This document shows, one piece after another, positions 1 to 9,000 of a stretch of DNA of 64,000 nucleotides. The DNA lies in assembly GCA_947458265.1 (NCBI GenBank), contig CANGYF010000009.1, forward strand, positions 66,544 to 130,543, written 5' to 3'. The stretch's first letter is position 1, and each line of letters begins with the position of its first letter. The notes under the pieces are model-generated. The model did not search any database. It was not told the DNA's origin and worked only from the letters and a program-made list of their open reading frames with translations. This stretch comes from Betaproteobacteria bacterium. GTDB lineage: Bacteria; Pseudomonadota; Gammaproteobacteria; Burkholderiales; CAIKXV01. Made by a program: the position numbers and the translations under genes.

Positions 1-950
1 ACTTCCGTATCCCAGTACTGATCGCGCTCCTGGGTGGTGGCGATGAAGTGCTCGCGCCGGTCCTCGATCCACTTCACCGGCCGGCCGCACAGGCGCGCGG
101 CGAGCGTCACGCAGATCTCCTCCGGATAGGTGACCAGCTTCGGTCCGAAGCCGCCGCCGACATCCGGCGTCGCCACGCGGATCTGGTTCTCGTGCAGGCC
201 GAGGATCTCGCAGATCACGCGCATCGCTGCATGCGGCATCTGGGTGGAGCTCCACAGCGTCGTACGGTCTTCCAGCGCATCATGGCGCGCGACGCAGCCC
301 CGGCATTCGATCGAATGGCTGCCGCCGCGGTGCTGCCAGAACGATTCGCTGAACACGTGCTTCGCCTCGGCGAACACGCGCTCGGTCTCGCCGTAGGTCA
401 TGTCGAACTCGGCAAGCAGGTTGTGCGGCGACTCGCGATGCACCAGCGGTGCATCGGCCGCGAGCGCAGCCCGGCAGTCCGACACAGCCGGCAGCGGATC
501 GAAGTCGACATCGACCAGAGTCGCCGCATCCTCGGCGATGTAGCGCGTATCGGCGAGCACGATCGCGACCGGTTCGCCGACATGGACCGCTTCGTCGGCG
601 GCAAGCACCTGCCGGTTGTGGTCCTGCTTGTAGTGCGAGCTCGGCAGGCCGACCACCAGACGGTCGGTGGCGAAATGCGGCTTGAAGTCTTCGTAGGTGT
701 AGACCGCATGCACGCCGGGCAGCGCGAGCGCAGCCGAGGCATCGATGCTGCGGATCGCCGCATGGGCATGCGGGCTGCGCACGAACGCCGCCTGCAGCAG
801 GCCGGGCATGTGGATGTCGTCGACGAAGCGGCCGCGGCCGGTGATCAGTGCATCGTCTTCCAGGCGCGGGATGCTGGCACCGATCAGGCTGTCGCCCGGG
901 CGCGAAGGATCGACGATCGGCGGCATGGCAGTCGTAGCAGTCGTGCTCAT
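1..950 (-). CDS. Molybdopterin-binding large subunit of a xanthine-dehydrogenase/CoxL-family hydroxylase (set 1). Only the N-terminal ~316 aa are present; the 3' end runs off the window.
   Basis: Absent from the ORF track because it has no stop in the window. Manual reverse translation from the ATG at 950-948 gives MSTTATTAMPPIVDPSRPGDSLIGASIPRLEDDALITGRGRFVDDIHMPG..., a typical CoxL/XdhB-family N-terminus. ATGA overlap with the stop of the upstream 2Fe-2S subunit (947). Confidence 0.85.
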   Translation of the reverse strand, partial: MSTTATTAMPPIVDPSRPGDSLIGASIPRLEDDALITGRGRFVDDIHMPGLLQAAFVRSPHAHAAIRSIDASAALALPGVHAVYTYEDFKPHFATDRLVVGLPSSHYKQDHNRQVLAADEAVHVGEPVAIVLADTRYIAEDAATLVDVDFDPLPAVSDCRAALAADAPLVHRESPHNLLAEFDMTYGETERVFAEAKHVFSESFWQHRGGSHSIECRGCVARHDALEDRTTLWSSTQMPHAAMRVICEILGLHENQIRVATPDVGGGFGPKLVTYPEEICVTLAARLCGRPVKWIEDRREHFIATTQERDQYWDTE

Positions 951-1456
951 CGCACACCTCCTGCCGCGGCCGTACCGCGCATCGTCTTCGCAGCGGCCAG
1001 CGTCGCATCGACGATCGCCTGGTAGCCGGTGCAGCGGCACAGGTTGCCCGAGATCGCAACCCGGACCTCGGCCTCGGTCGGGTCCGGGGTGTCGTTCAGC
1101 AGTTCAACCAGCGTGGTCAGCATGCCCGGCGTGCAGAAGCCGCACTGCAGGCCGTGCAGGTCCTTGAACGCCTGCTGCAGCGGATGCAGCGTGCCATCGG
1201 CGGCCGCGATGCCTTCGACTGTCGTCACCTCGCGGCCGTTAGCCTGTACCGCGAGCATCAGGCAGCCGCGGGCGGAGCGCCCGTCCACCAGTACGGTGCA
1301 GGCGCCGCACACGCCGTGTTCGCAGCCCAGGTGGGTACCGGTCAGCTCCAGCTGGTGGCGCAGGAAGTCGGCCAGCGTATGCCGGACATCCACCGTCGCC
1401 TGCACGGCGCGGCCGTTGATCTTCAGCGAGATGCTGCGGGAAAGCGTCGAGTCCAT
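947..1456 (-). CDS. (2Fe-2S)-binding small subunit of Mo-hydroxylase set 1 (CoxS-like)
   Basis: ORF 947..1516 trimmed to the internal MDSTLSRSISLKINGR start. Contains GCEHGVCGACTV and CGFCTPG...CRCTGY, the two 2Fe-2S motifs of CoxS/XdhC-type subunits. Confidence 0.9.
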   Translation of the reverse strand: MDSTLSRSISLKINGRAVQATVDVRHTLADFLRHQLELTGTHLGCEHGVCGACTVLVDGRSARGCLMLAVQANGREVTTVEGIAAADGTLHPLQQAFKDLHGLQCGFCTPGMLTTLVELLNDTPDPTEAEVRVAISGNLCRCTGYQAIVDATLAAAKTMRGTAAAGGVR

Positions 1457-1469
1457 TCGTCTGCCTTGT

Positions 1470-2342
1470 TCAGTGTCCGGCCGGGGCGATGCTGGCCAGC
1501 GCCGCATCGAGCGCACGCCGCGACATCACGACGGCCAACTGCTGCCGGTACGACGCCGGCGCATGGATGTCTTCCATCGCCTCCAGCGCGCGGCAGGCCT
1601 CGGTCACCTGCCGGAACAGTGCCGGCGAGGCAACGTGCCCTACCAGCGCCTGCTCGACCGCAGCCACTCGGACCGGGGCCGGCCCGATGCCACCCAAGGT
1701 CAGCGAGGCCCGCGTGATCGTGCCGGCCGCGTCGGTCACCAGCAGCGCGGCAGCAAGCACCACCGCATAGTCACCATGCCTGCGCGCGAACTCGACGAAG
1801 CCATGTCCGTGGCCACGGGGCCAGTCGGGCAGTTCGATGTGCGTGAGCAGCTCGTCCGGCTCGAGCGACGGCGTCATGTAGCCGGCCGGGAACTCGGCGA
1901 ACGGCATCGTCCGGGTGCCGCGCGCGCTCTGCACGGTGATCGTCGCATCCAGCGCCGCGCACACCGACGGCAATTCCGCCGCCGGGTCGAGCTGGCAGAG
2001 CGAGCCGCCGATCGTGCCGCGATTGCGCGTCTGGCGATGGCCGACCCACTGGATCGCATCGACCAGCAGGGGGCAACGCGCACGCACCACCGCGGAATGC
2101 TCCAGGTCGCGCTGGCGCGTCATCGCGCCGATGCGCAGCGCCCCCGGGCGCTCCTCGATCGTGGACAGCGCGGCGATGCGCCCGAGGTCGACCAGGTGGT
2201 CGGGCATCACGAAGCGCATGTTGAGCATCGGCATCATCGACTGCCCGCCGGCGAGCAGGCGGGCATTGTCGAGGGATGCCATCAGGCTGCAGGCTTCCTC
2301 GACGGTGCCGGGGTCATGGTAGGCGAAGGCGGGCGGTTTCAT
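1470..2342 (-). CDS. FAD-binding medium subunit of Mo-hydroxylase set 1 (CoxM-like)
   Basis: 290 aa. AGGQSMMPMLNMR and RNRGTIGGSL motifs are typical of the FAD_binding_5/CO_deh_flav_C medium subunits. Lies directly upstream of the small and large subunits. Confidence 0.88.
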   Translation of the reverse strand: MKPPAFAYHDPGTVEEACSLMASLDNARLLAGGQSMMPMLNMRFVMPDHLVDLGRIAALSTIEERPGALRIGAMTRQRDLEHSAVVRARCPLLVDAIQWVGHRQTRNRGTIGGSLCQLDPAAELPSVCAALDATITVQSARGTRTMPFAEFPAGYMTPSLEPDELLTHIELPDWPRGHGHGFVEFARRHGDYAVVLAAALLVTDAAGTITRASLTLGGIGPAPVRVAAVEQALVGHVASPALFRQVTEACRALEAMEDIHAPASYRQQLAVVMSRRALDAALASIAPAGH

Positions 2343-2379
2343 CGTGGGTGCTCGGCAGCGCGCCCCGGGGGCGCATCGT

Positions 2380-3369
2380 TCATTGCGGGTCGAGCCGGAT
2401 GTTGGCTTCGCGCGTGAGCTTGACCCAGCGCGCGAAGTCGACCTTGAGGAAGGCGGTGAACGGCTCGAGCGGGGAGAAGTTGGCTTCCGAGCCCAGCTTG
2501 GCGAGCGCTTCCCTGGCTTCGGGCTGGGCGAGCGAGGCCTCGATCTCCCGGCCGTACTGGGCGACGATCTCCTTCGGCGTGCCGGTCGGCGCGAACACGC
2601 CGGTCCACAGCGTCACTTCATAGCCGGGCACACCCGACTCGGACACGGTGGGCACCTCGGGCAGCAGCGGCGAGCGGCGCGGCGTGGTGATCGCCAGCAC
2701 GCGCAGGCGGCCGCTCTTCACGAACGGCAGCGCTGCCGGCATCGTGTTGGTGCCGGCCTGCAGCATGCCGCCGACCAGGTCGGTGGTCGCCTGCACGCTG
2801 CCCTTGTAGGGGACGTGCACCATATTCGTGCCGGTGACGGAATTGAACAGCGCCATCGACAGGTGCGAGGTCGACCCGTTGCCGGCCGACCCGTAGTTGA
2901 TGTCGCCCGGACGCTTGCGCGCGAGTTCGATCAGGTCGCGCGTGCTCTTCACCGGTAGTGCCGGATGGGTCACCAGCAGCAGCGGCACGTCGGCCACGCG
3001 CGCGATCGCGACGAAGTCCTTCAGCGGATCGAAGCTGAGCTTGCTCGCCACCGCGGGCAGCATCACGATCTCGGAGGCCGAGCCGAGCAGGATGGTGTAG
3101 CCGTCGGGCGCAGCCCGGGCGGCGAACTCGGTGCCGATCGCGCCGCCGGCGCCGGTGCGGTTCTCGACGATGATCTGCTGCTTCAACCGGTCCTGCAGCC
3201 GCTGGCTGAGGATGCGCGCGGTGGAGTCGGAACCGCCGCCCACCGGGAACGGCACCACCATGCGGATCGGCTTCGCTGGCCAGGCCTGTGCGACCGCCCC
3301 GCCCGCAGCCATCGCGCCGGCCAGCGCCACCACCCCAAGCATCGACACACGTGCGTTCGACATCTTCAT
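2380..3369 (-). CDS. Bug-family (TctC-like) tripartite tricarboxylate transporter substrate-binding protein
   Basis: 329 aa with a signal peptide, then WPAKPIRMVVPFPVGGGSDSTAR...ENRTGAGG, the characteristic Bug/TctC N-terminal signature. Confidence 0.88.
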   Translation of the reverse strand: MKMSNARVSMLGVVALAGAMAAGGAVAQAWPAKPIRMVVPFPVGGGSDSTARILSQRLQDRLKQQIIVENRTGAGGAIGTEFAARAAPDGYTILLGSASEIVMLPAVASKLSFDPLKDFVAIARVADVPLLLVTHPALPVKSTRDLIELARKRPGDINYGSAGNGSTSHLSMALFNSVTGTNMVHVPYKGSVQATTDLVGGMLQAGTNTMPAALPFVKSGRLRVLAITTPRRSPLLPEVPTVSESGVPGYEVTLWTGVFAPTGTPKEIVAQYGREIEASLAQPEAREALAKLGSEANFSPLEPFTAFLKVDFARWVKLTREANIRLDPQ

Positions 3370-3443
3370 CCTGGATCTCCGTTCAGGGCCGGGCGAATGC
3401 CCGGACAGACAGTGGATTGCGGAGCCGCCCCGCGCGGCAGGTG

Positions 3444-5819
3444 CTACGCAGGGACGGCGCCGCGCTGCTTCAGAAGGGCCTTCAGCCGCTGCGGCGTCAC
3501 CGGCAACCGCGTGATCGCATTCGGGATGCCGATCGCGTCGTCGATCGCCGCTGCGATCGCCGCACCGACGCCGGTGATGCCTGCCTCGCCAGCACCTTTC
3601 ATGCCGAGTGCGTTGTTGGGGCTGGGTGCATCCTCGGTCAGCAGCACATCGACCGGCGGCATTTCGTTGGCGGTCGGCATCAGGTAGTCGGCAAAGGTCA
3701 CCGACAGTGGCTCGCCGCGCTCGTCGTAGACGAACTCCTCGAACAGTGCGCCGCCCAGGCCCTGCGCGACGCCGCCGACGATCTGCCCTTCGACCAGCAT
3801 CGGGTTGATCGCGCAGCCGATGTCGTAGGCGACATGGAATCGCTCGACCTTCGTCTCGCCGGTATCGGGATCGACCTTCACCAGCGCGGTATGGATGCCG
3901 TACGGATGGGTCATGCCGGCGGTCTCGAACCAGCCCTCGGCGGTCAGGCCGGGATTGCCGAACTCGACCGTGGCGGGGCTGGGCGCAAGCGCTGCAGCCA
4001 CCTTGCCGATCGGGATGCCGGGCTCGCCCGGCCGGTCGATGCGCACCACCTGCCCGTCGACGATGTCGAGCATCTCGACCGGTGCCTCGACCAGGTGCCG
4101 CGACGCGAACTCGAGCGCCTTGCGCCGCACGTTCAGTGCCGCCATGCGCGTGGCGCCACCGGTCATCACCGTCGCGCGCGAGGCATGCGAACCGATGCCG
4201 TACTCGAGCACGTCGGTGCGGCCGTGGATCACCTTCACGTCGCGGTACTCGACGCCAAGCGCATCGGCGGCGATCTGCGCCATCACGGTCTCGACGCCCT
4301 GCCCGATCGAGGACGCACCCGTGATCACCTGCACCTTGCCCTTCGTGTCGACCGTGACCTTCGCGCCGTCCACCGGCCCCAGGCCGCCCTTCTCCATGAA
4401 GAAGCCCATGCCGACGCCGACCAGCTCACCCTTTGCACGCCGCGCGGCGACCTGCGCCTGCAATTCGTCCCAGCGGATGTCCACCAGCGTCTTTTCGAGC
4501 AGGCCGGCGAAATCGCCGGAGTCGAGTTCGACCGCATGGTCCAGGATCTCCATCGCCCGCGCGTAGGGGTAGGCTTCCTTCGGGATCAGGTTGCGCCGCC
4601 GGATCTCGATGCGCGACAGCCCGAACTGTTCCGCCGCCGCATCCATCAGTCGTTCGCAGGCGTAGGTGGATTCGAAGCGCCCCGGCGATCGATAGGTGGC
4701 CGCCGGCGTCTTGTTGGTCATGCGCACGTAACCGACCGTACGATAGGACGGCACATGGTAGGCGCCGATCAGCGTACCCATCGCCATGTCGGGCACGCGC
4801 GCACCGTGGGTGCGCACATAGGCACCCTGGTCGTGCCAGAGCTTCGCGTCGATCCCCAGCAACCGGCCGTCCTTGTCGAACGCGCCGCGTACCACGTGGC
4901 GCTGTTCACGCGAGTGGTTGCAGGCGAGCAGGTTCTCGCGCCGGTCCTCGACCCATTTCACGGGACGGTCGAAGCGCTGGGCCGCGAGGCAGGTCAGCAC
5001 GTCCTCCGGGTAGATCTCGCCACGCACGCCGAAGCCGCCGCCGATGTGGCCTTCATAGAAGTGCATGCTGGCCGGGCTGCGCCCGATCAGCGTCGCCACC
5101 GCATCGCGGTGCGCATGCGGCCGCTTGCCCTGGCCGTAGCACTCGAGCACGTCGCGCGAGTGGTCGATGCGCGCGAGCGCGCCGCGGTTCTCCATCGGCA
5201 CGCCGGAATGGCGACCGACCTGCACGTCGACCTCGACGACCTTGAACGCGCTGCTCAGCGCCGACTCGATGTCGCCGAAGTTCTTGCGCAGCACCAGCGC
5301 CTCGGTGGACAGGCCGGGGGCGAATTCACCCGGCGCCGTGTCGGCCGACAGGATCACCGGCAATGCCTCGCCATCCATCGTCACCAGGTCGGCGATGTCC
5401 TCGGCGACATACGGATCATCGGCGAACACCACGGCGATCGGCTCGCCCACATAGCGCACCCGGTCACGCGCGAGGATGTACTGCCGGTAGGGCTCCAGCC
5501 CCTGGATGCTGGTCGGCCGGAAGGTGATCGGCGGGATGTCGGCGACGTCGGCGCCGGTCCACACGCCACGGCAGCCCGGGTGCGCCAGCGCAGCCGAGGT
5601 GTCGATCGAGCGGATGATCGCGTTCGCATACGTCGAGCGCACCACGCGCATGTGCAGCTGGTGCGGGAAGTTCAGGTTGCCGACATAGGTGCCGCGGCCG
5701 GTGACCAGCGGCGGATCCTCGAGCCGGGTGACGCGCTGGCCGACGAACTTGCGGCGCGGGTTGACGTCGCCGTTGTGGCGCTCGCCATGCTTCAGGCTGG
5801 ACGGTCCGTGGTCGCTCAT
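3444..5819 (-). CDS. Molybdopterin-binding large subunit of Mo-hydroxylase set 2 (xanthine dehydrogenase/aldehyde oxidase/CoxL family)
   Basis: 791 aa. N-terminus GQRVTRLEDPPLVTGRGTYVGN. Active-site-loop region reads ATYRSPGRFE, not the VAYRCSFR of true CO dehydrogenase. 4-nt overlap with the upstream small subunit. Confidence 0.9.
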   Translation of the reverse strand: MSDHGPSSLKHGERHNGDVNPRRKFVGQRVTRLEDPPLVTGRGTYVGNLNFPHQLHMRVVRSTYANAIIRSIDTSAALAHPGCRGVWTGADVADIPPITFRPTSIQGLEPYRQYILARDRVRYVGEPIAVVFADDPYVAEDIADLVTMDGEALPVILSADTAPGEFAPGLSTEALVLRKNFGDIESALSSAFKVVEVDVQVGRHSGVPMENRGALARIDHSRDVLECYGQGKRPHAHRDAVATLIGRSPASMHFYEGHIGGGFGVRGEIYPEDVLTCLAAQRFDRPVKWVEDRRENLLACNHSREQRHVVRGAFDKDGRLLGIDAKLWHDQGAYVRTHGARVPDMAMGTLIGAYHVPSYRTVGYVRMTNKTPAATYRSPGRFESTYACERLMDAAAEQFGLSRIEIRRRNLIPKEAYPYARAMEILDHAVELDSGDFAGLLEKTLVDIRWDELQAQVAARRAKGELVGVGMGFFMEKGGLGPVDGAKVTVDTKGKVQVITGASSIGQGVETVMAQIAADALGVEYRDVKVIHGRTDVLEYGIGSHASRATVMTGGATRMAALNVRRKALEFASRHLVEAPVEMLDIVDGQVVRIDRPGEPGIPIGKVAAALAPSPATVEFGNPGLTAEGWFETAGMTHPYGIHTALVKVDPDTGETKVERFHVAYDIGCAINPMLVEGQIVGGVAQGLGGALFEEFVYDERGEPLSVTFADYLMPTANEMPPVDVLLTEDAPSPNNALGMKGAGEAGITGVGAAIAAAIDDAIGIPNAITRLPVTPQRLKALLKQRGAVPA

Positions 5820-6313
5820 CGCGCCCCTCCCTGGCCGGCATCGCGCACCTGGCGTACCGCGCGCAGGATGTTCTGGTAGCCGGTGCAGCGACAGAGGTTG
5901 GAGGACAGCACCTCGCGCAGCGATTCATCGTCGATGTCGGGCTGCTGTTCGAGCGTGCCTGCGGCCAGCATCAGGAAGCCGGAGGTGCAGAAGCCGCACT
6001 GCAGCGCATGGTTGTCGATGAACGCCTGCTGCAACGCATGCAGCTTGCCGCCATCCTTCGACGAGGCTGCCAGGCCCTCGACCGTGCGCAGCTCGCGGCC
6101 CTGCGCCTGCACCGCGAACATCAGGCAGGAGCGCACCGGCGCGCCGTCCATCAGGACGGTGCAGGCACCGCAGACACCGTGCTCGCAGCCCACGTTGGTG
6201 CCGGTGAGCCCGCACTCGCCGCGCAGCGCGTCAGACAGCGTCTTGCGCGGTTCGACGCGGATCTCGTGCTCGGTTCCGTTCACGTTGAGCGTGATCGCCA
6301 TCTTCGATGCCAT
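5816..6313 (-). CDS. (2Fe-2S)-binding small subunit of Mo-hydroxylase set 2
   Basis: ORF 5816..6682 trimmed to the MASKMAITLNVNG start (ATG at 6313-6311). Contains GCEHGVCGACTV and CGFCTSG...CRCTGY motifs. Confidence 0.9.
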   Translation of the reverse strand: MASKMAITLNVNGTEHEIRVEPRKTLSDALRGECGLTGTNVGCEHGVCGACTVLMDGAPVRSCLMFAVQAQGRELRTVEGLAASSKDGGKLHALQQAFIDNHALQCGFCTSGFLMLAAGTLEQQPDIDDESLREVLSSNLCRCTGYQNILRAVRQVRDAGQGGAR

Positions 6314-6317
6314 CGGA

Positions 6318-7175
6318 TCAGTCCCCTGCCTGCGCATACGCGCGCCGCACCGCCGTGCCGACCAGGTCGCGGCGATAGTCGGCGGTGGTATGGATATCCT
6401 CGAGCGGATCGACGTCCGCCGACACCGCTGCCGCTGCGGCGGCGATCGCATCCGGGCTGGCGACGCGTCCCTCGAGCAGGGCTTCGGCCACCGTGATGCG
6501 CCGTGGCTGCACCTCGACGCTGCCGGTGCCGATGCGCACCTCGCGCATCGTGCCGCCGTCGTCGCGCCACGCCACCAGCGCCATCGCCAGCGCGTAGTCG
6601 CCTGCACGCCGGCTGAATTCATAGAACCCGGCGCGGCTACCGGCGGGCAGCAGCGGCAATCGCACTTCGGCAAGCAGTTCATCTTCTTCGAGCGCGGTGG
6701 TCATGATGCCCTGGAACCATTCGGACGCTTCGATCACCCGTTCGCCGCGCACACTGCGCGCGACCATGCGCGCGCCGAGGGTTGCCGCGACCAGGCACCA
6801 CTCCGAGGCCGGATCGGCATTGGCCAAGCTGCCGCAGAAGGTGCCGCGCTGGCGTATCGGATAGTGCGCGATGTTGTGCACGACCTGCGTCAGCAGCCGT
6901 CCGAGCGGGCCGGGTTCGACCGGCGCATGGAAAGCGGCATGGCGCACGCAGGCGCCGATCACCAGGTCGCCACCTTCGACGCGCACGCGCGAGAATTCCT
7001 CGACGCCGTTGATGTCGATCAGGTGCGACGGGAAGGCCAGGCGCAGCGCCATGCTGGGCACCAGGCTCTGCCCGCCGGCGATCACCCGGCCGTCCTGCGG
7101 CGCGTACTCGGCCAGCAGCGCGACCGCTTCATCGGCGCTGCGCGCCGGGTGCCACTCGAACGACCCTGCCTTCAT
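6318..7175 (-). CDS. FAD-binding medium subunit of Mo-hydroxylase set 2
   Basis: 285 aa. AGGQSLVPSMALR and RQRGTFCGSLANADP motifs. Syntenic with the small and large subunits. Confidence 0.88.
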   Translation of the reverse strand: MKAGSFEWHPARSADEAVALLAEYAPQDGRVIAGGQSLVPSMALRLAFPSHLIDINGVEEFSRVRVEGGDLVIGACVRHAAFHAPVEPGPLGRLLTQVVHNIAHYPIRQRGTFCGSLANADPASEWCLVAATLGARMVARSVRGERVIEASEWFQGIMTTALEEDELLAEVRLPLLPAGSRAGFYEFSRRAGDYALAMALVAWRDDGGTMREVRIGTGSVEVQPRRITVAEALLEGRVASPDAIAAAAAAVSADVDPLEDIHTTADYRRDLVGTAVRRAYAQAGD

Positions 7176-7852
7176 GGTTTCTTTCCGCCGAACAGGTTGC
7201 GCAACGACGCGAGCAGTGCGCCGAACAGCAGCGAGAAGCCGGAGATCGGCTTCACCGCCTGGGTCGCTGCCGGTGCCGGCCGGGTTGCCGCTGCTGCAGC
7301 CGTATCGGCCGCCGGAGCAGGGGCGCTCGCTCCCGCAGGGGCATCGGCCGCCATCGCGGCAGCGGGCGAGGTGACGACTTGCGCCGCCGCCCTGCTCTCG
7401 AGGATGCGTGCACGCAGGCAGTCGCCGAACTGGCCGATCAGCTGCGCGGCGACGCTCTGGATCATGCCCGAGCCACGGCCATACTGGGCGACCGATCCGG
7501 TCAGCGTGACGTTGCTGTGGATGTCGACGCGGGTGCTGGATCCATCGCCGATCGGCTGCAGCGAGAAATCGATCAGCGCCGAGGTGCTGCCGCGGCCCTT
7601 GGAATCGGCACCGGTCGCACGCATGCGGGCGCGATGCGCGGCGGCATCGGTTTCCTCCAGCTTGGCCTGGCCGACGAAGGACAGCGCGACCGGACCCAGG
7701 CGTACGCCGACCTTGCCCTTGTACGTCTGCGCATCGACCACTTCGGTGAGCTCGGCGCCCGGCAGGCAGGTGGCGATGCGCTCGATGTCGAGCAGCCAGG
7801 TCCAGGCCTCGGCAGGCGGCAGCGGTACATCGAACGCGTTGTCGAATTCCAT
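7172..7852 (-). CDS. CoxG-like SRPBCC-family protein with an Ala/Pro-rich C-terminal tail
   Basis: 226 aa. MEFDNAFDVPLPPAEAWTWLLDIERIATCLPGAEL... resembles carbon monoxide dehydrogenase subunit G (COXG) family proteins. 4-nt overlap with the FAD subunit. Confidence 0.75.
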   Translation of the reverse strand: MEFDNAFDVPLPPAEAWTWLLDIERIATCLPGAELTEVVDAQTYKGKVGVRLGPVALSFVGQAKLEETDAAAHRARMRATGADSKGRGSTSALIDFSLQPIGDGSSTRVDIHSNVTLTGSVAQYGRGSGMIQSVAAQLIGQFGDCLRARILESRAAAQVVTSPAAAMAADAPAGASAPAPAADTAAAAATRPAPAATQAVKPISGFSLLFGALLASLRNLFGGKKP

Positions 7853-7910
7853 GGATGCTCGTGCGCGGCCAGCGCGCGCTGTTGGGGTTGCTCGGTGGGC
7901 GCCCGCGCGG

Positions 7911-8987
7911 TCAGCTGCCCGTGTCGGTCACCCGCCACTCGATCTGTTCACCGCCACGATAGACCAGCGCACGCCCGTCCGGACCGTCGATCTTTATCTC
8001 TTCCGGCGCGGTCCAGGTGCTGCGCTCGAGGGTGATCGTGCCAGCGTTGACCGGCAGGCCATAGTGCAGCGGCCCGTTCAGCGAGGTGAAGCCTTCCAGC
8101 TTGTCGAGTGCCCCCGCCTGTTCGAACACCTTCGTGTACTGCTCGATCGCCACCGGCGAGTTGAACAGCCCTGCCGACCCGACCACGGCCAGCTTGCGCT
8201 CGACCGGATGCGGTGCAGAGTCGGTGCCGAGGAAGAAGCACTTGTCGCCGGAGGTCGCAGCCTCGACCAGCGCGCGCCGGTCGGCTTCGGTCTTGATCAC
8301 CGGCATGCAGTAGAGGTACGGACGGTTGCCCCAGCCGAGCCAGTCGGTGCGGTTGTGCGTGAGATGGTAGGGCGTGATCGTGGCGCCGACCTGCGGCGCT
8401 GCGCTGCGGATGTAGTCGACCGCGATCTTCGAGCTGATGTGCTCGAGCACGAACTTCAGCCCCGGGAAATCCTTGGTCCAGGGCTGCAGCCGGCGCTCGA
8501 TCCAGACCGCCTCGCGGTCGAACACGTCGACCTCGGGATCGACTTCCTCGCCATGCATCAGCAGCGGGATGCCGATCTTCTCCATGCGCGCCATCACCGG
8601 CCGGATCTTCCGGTAGTCGGTGACGCCCGCCGCCGAGTTCGTGGTGGCATTGGCGGGATACAGCTTGACCGCCGTGAACACGCCATCGCGGAAGCCTGCC
8701 TCGACCTCGTCCGGATCGGTCATGTCGTGCAGGTAGCAGGTCATCATCGGCTGGAACGTCGACCCCTCGGGCAGCGCCTGGTGGATGCGCTCGCGGTAGG
8801 CGATCGCATCCTTCACCGTGGTCACCGGCGGCAACAGGTTGGGCATGATGATCGCCCGTCCGAAGTTGCGCGCGGTGAACGGCAGCGACGCCTTGAGCAT
8901 CGCGCCGTCGCGCACATGCAGGTGCCAGTCGTCCGGCTTGCGGATGGTGATGCGGTCGACGGAAGGAGCAGGAGTGTTCTGTGCCAT
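7911..8987 (-). CDS. pyrC: Dihydroorotase, homodimeric type II (E. coli PyrC-like)
   Basis: 358 aa, collinear with E. coli PyrC. Conserved motifs: DDWHLHVRD, AVKLYPANATTNS (carboxylated Lys plus substrate loop), LLMHGE, LEHIS, FLGTDSAPH. Confidence 0.9.
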   Translation of the reverse strand: MAQNTPAPSVDRITIRKPDDWHLHVRDGAMLKASLPFTARNFGRAIIMPNLLPPVTTVKDAIAYRERIHQALPEGSTFQPMMTCYLHDMTDPDEVEAGFRDGVFTAVKLYPANATTNSAAGVTDYRKIRPVMARMEKIGIPLLMHGEEVDPEVDVFDREAVWIERRLQPWTKDFPGLKFVLEHISSKIAVDYIRSAAPQVGATITPYHLTHNRTDWLGWGNRPYLYCMPVIKTEADRRALVEAATSGDKCFFLGTDSAPHPVERKLAVVGSAGLFNSPVAIEQYTKVFEQAGALDKLEGFTSLNGPLHYGLPVNAGTITLERSTWTAPEEIKIDGPDGRALVYRGGEQIEWRVTDTGS

Positions 8988-9000
8988 CGTGGCCTCGCGT

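Noticed and set aside
48-1025. 325-aa plus-strand ORF (and 280..1059, 745..1167 and others) covering the window start
   Set aside because: These are antisense or out-of-frame shadows of the CoxL-like large-subunit gene. The translations are Arg/Ala/His-rich low-complexity with no motifs, and the real gene on the minus strand gives a textbook N-terminus.
3386-3401. Small hairpin CCGGGC-GAAT-GCCCGG between the set-2 large subunit and the Bug gene as a terminator
   Set aside because: The stem is only 6 bp with no U-tract on the transcribed strand, so it cannot be distinguished from chance in GC-rich DNA.
1-7852. Calling the Cox-like clusters aerobic CO dehydrogenase (coxMSL)
   Set aside because: The complete large subunit shows ATYRSPGRFE instead of the form-I VAYRCSFR (or form-II AYRGAGR) loop, and no coxDEF accessory genes are present. 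The generic Mo-hydroxylase call is safer.
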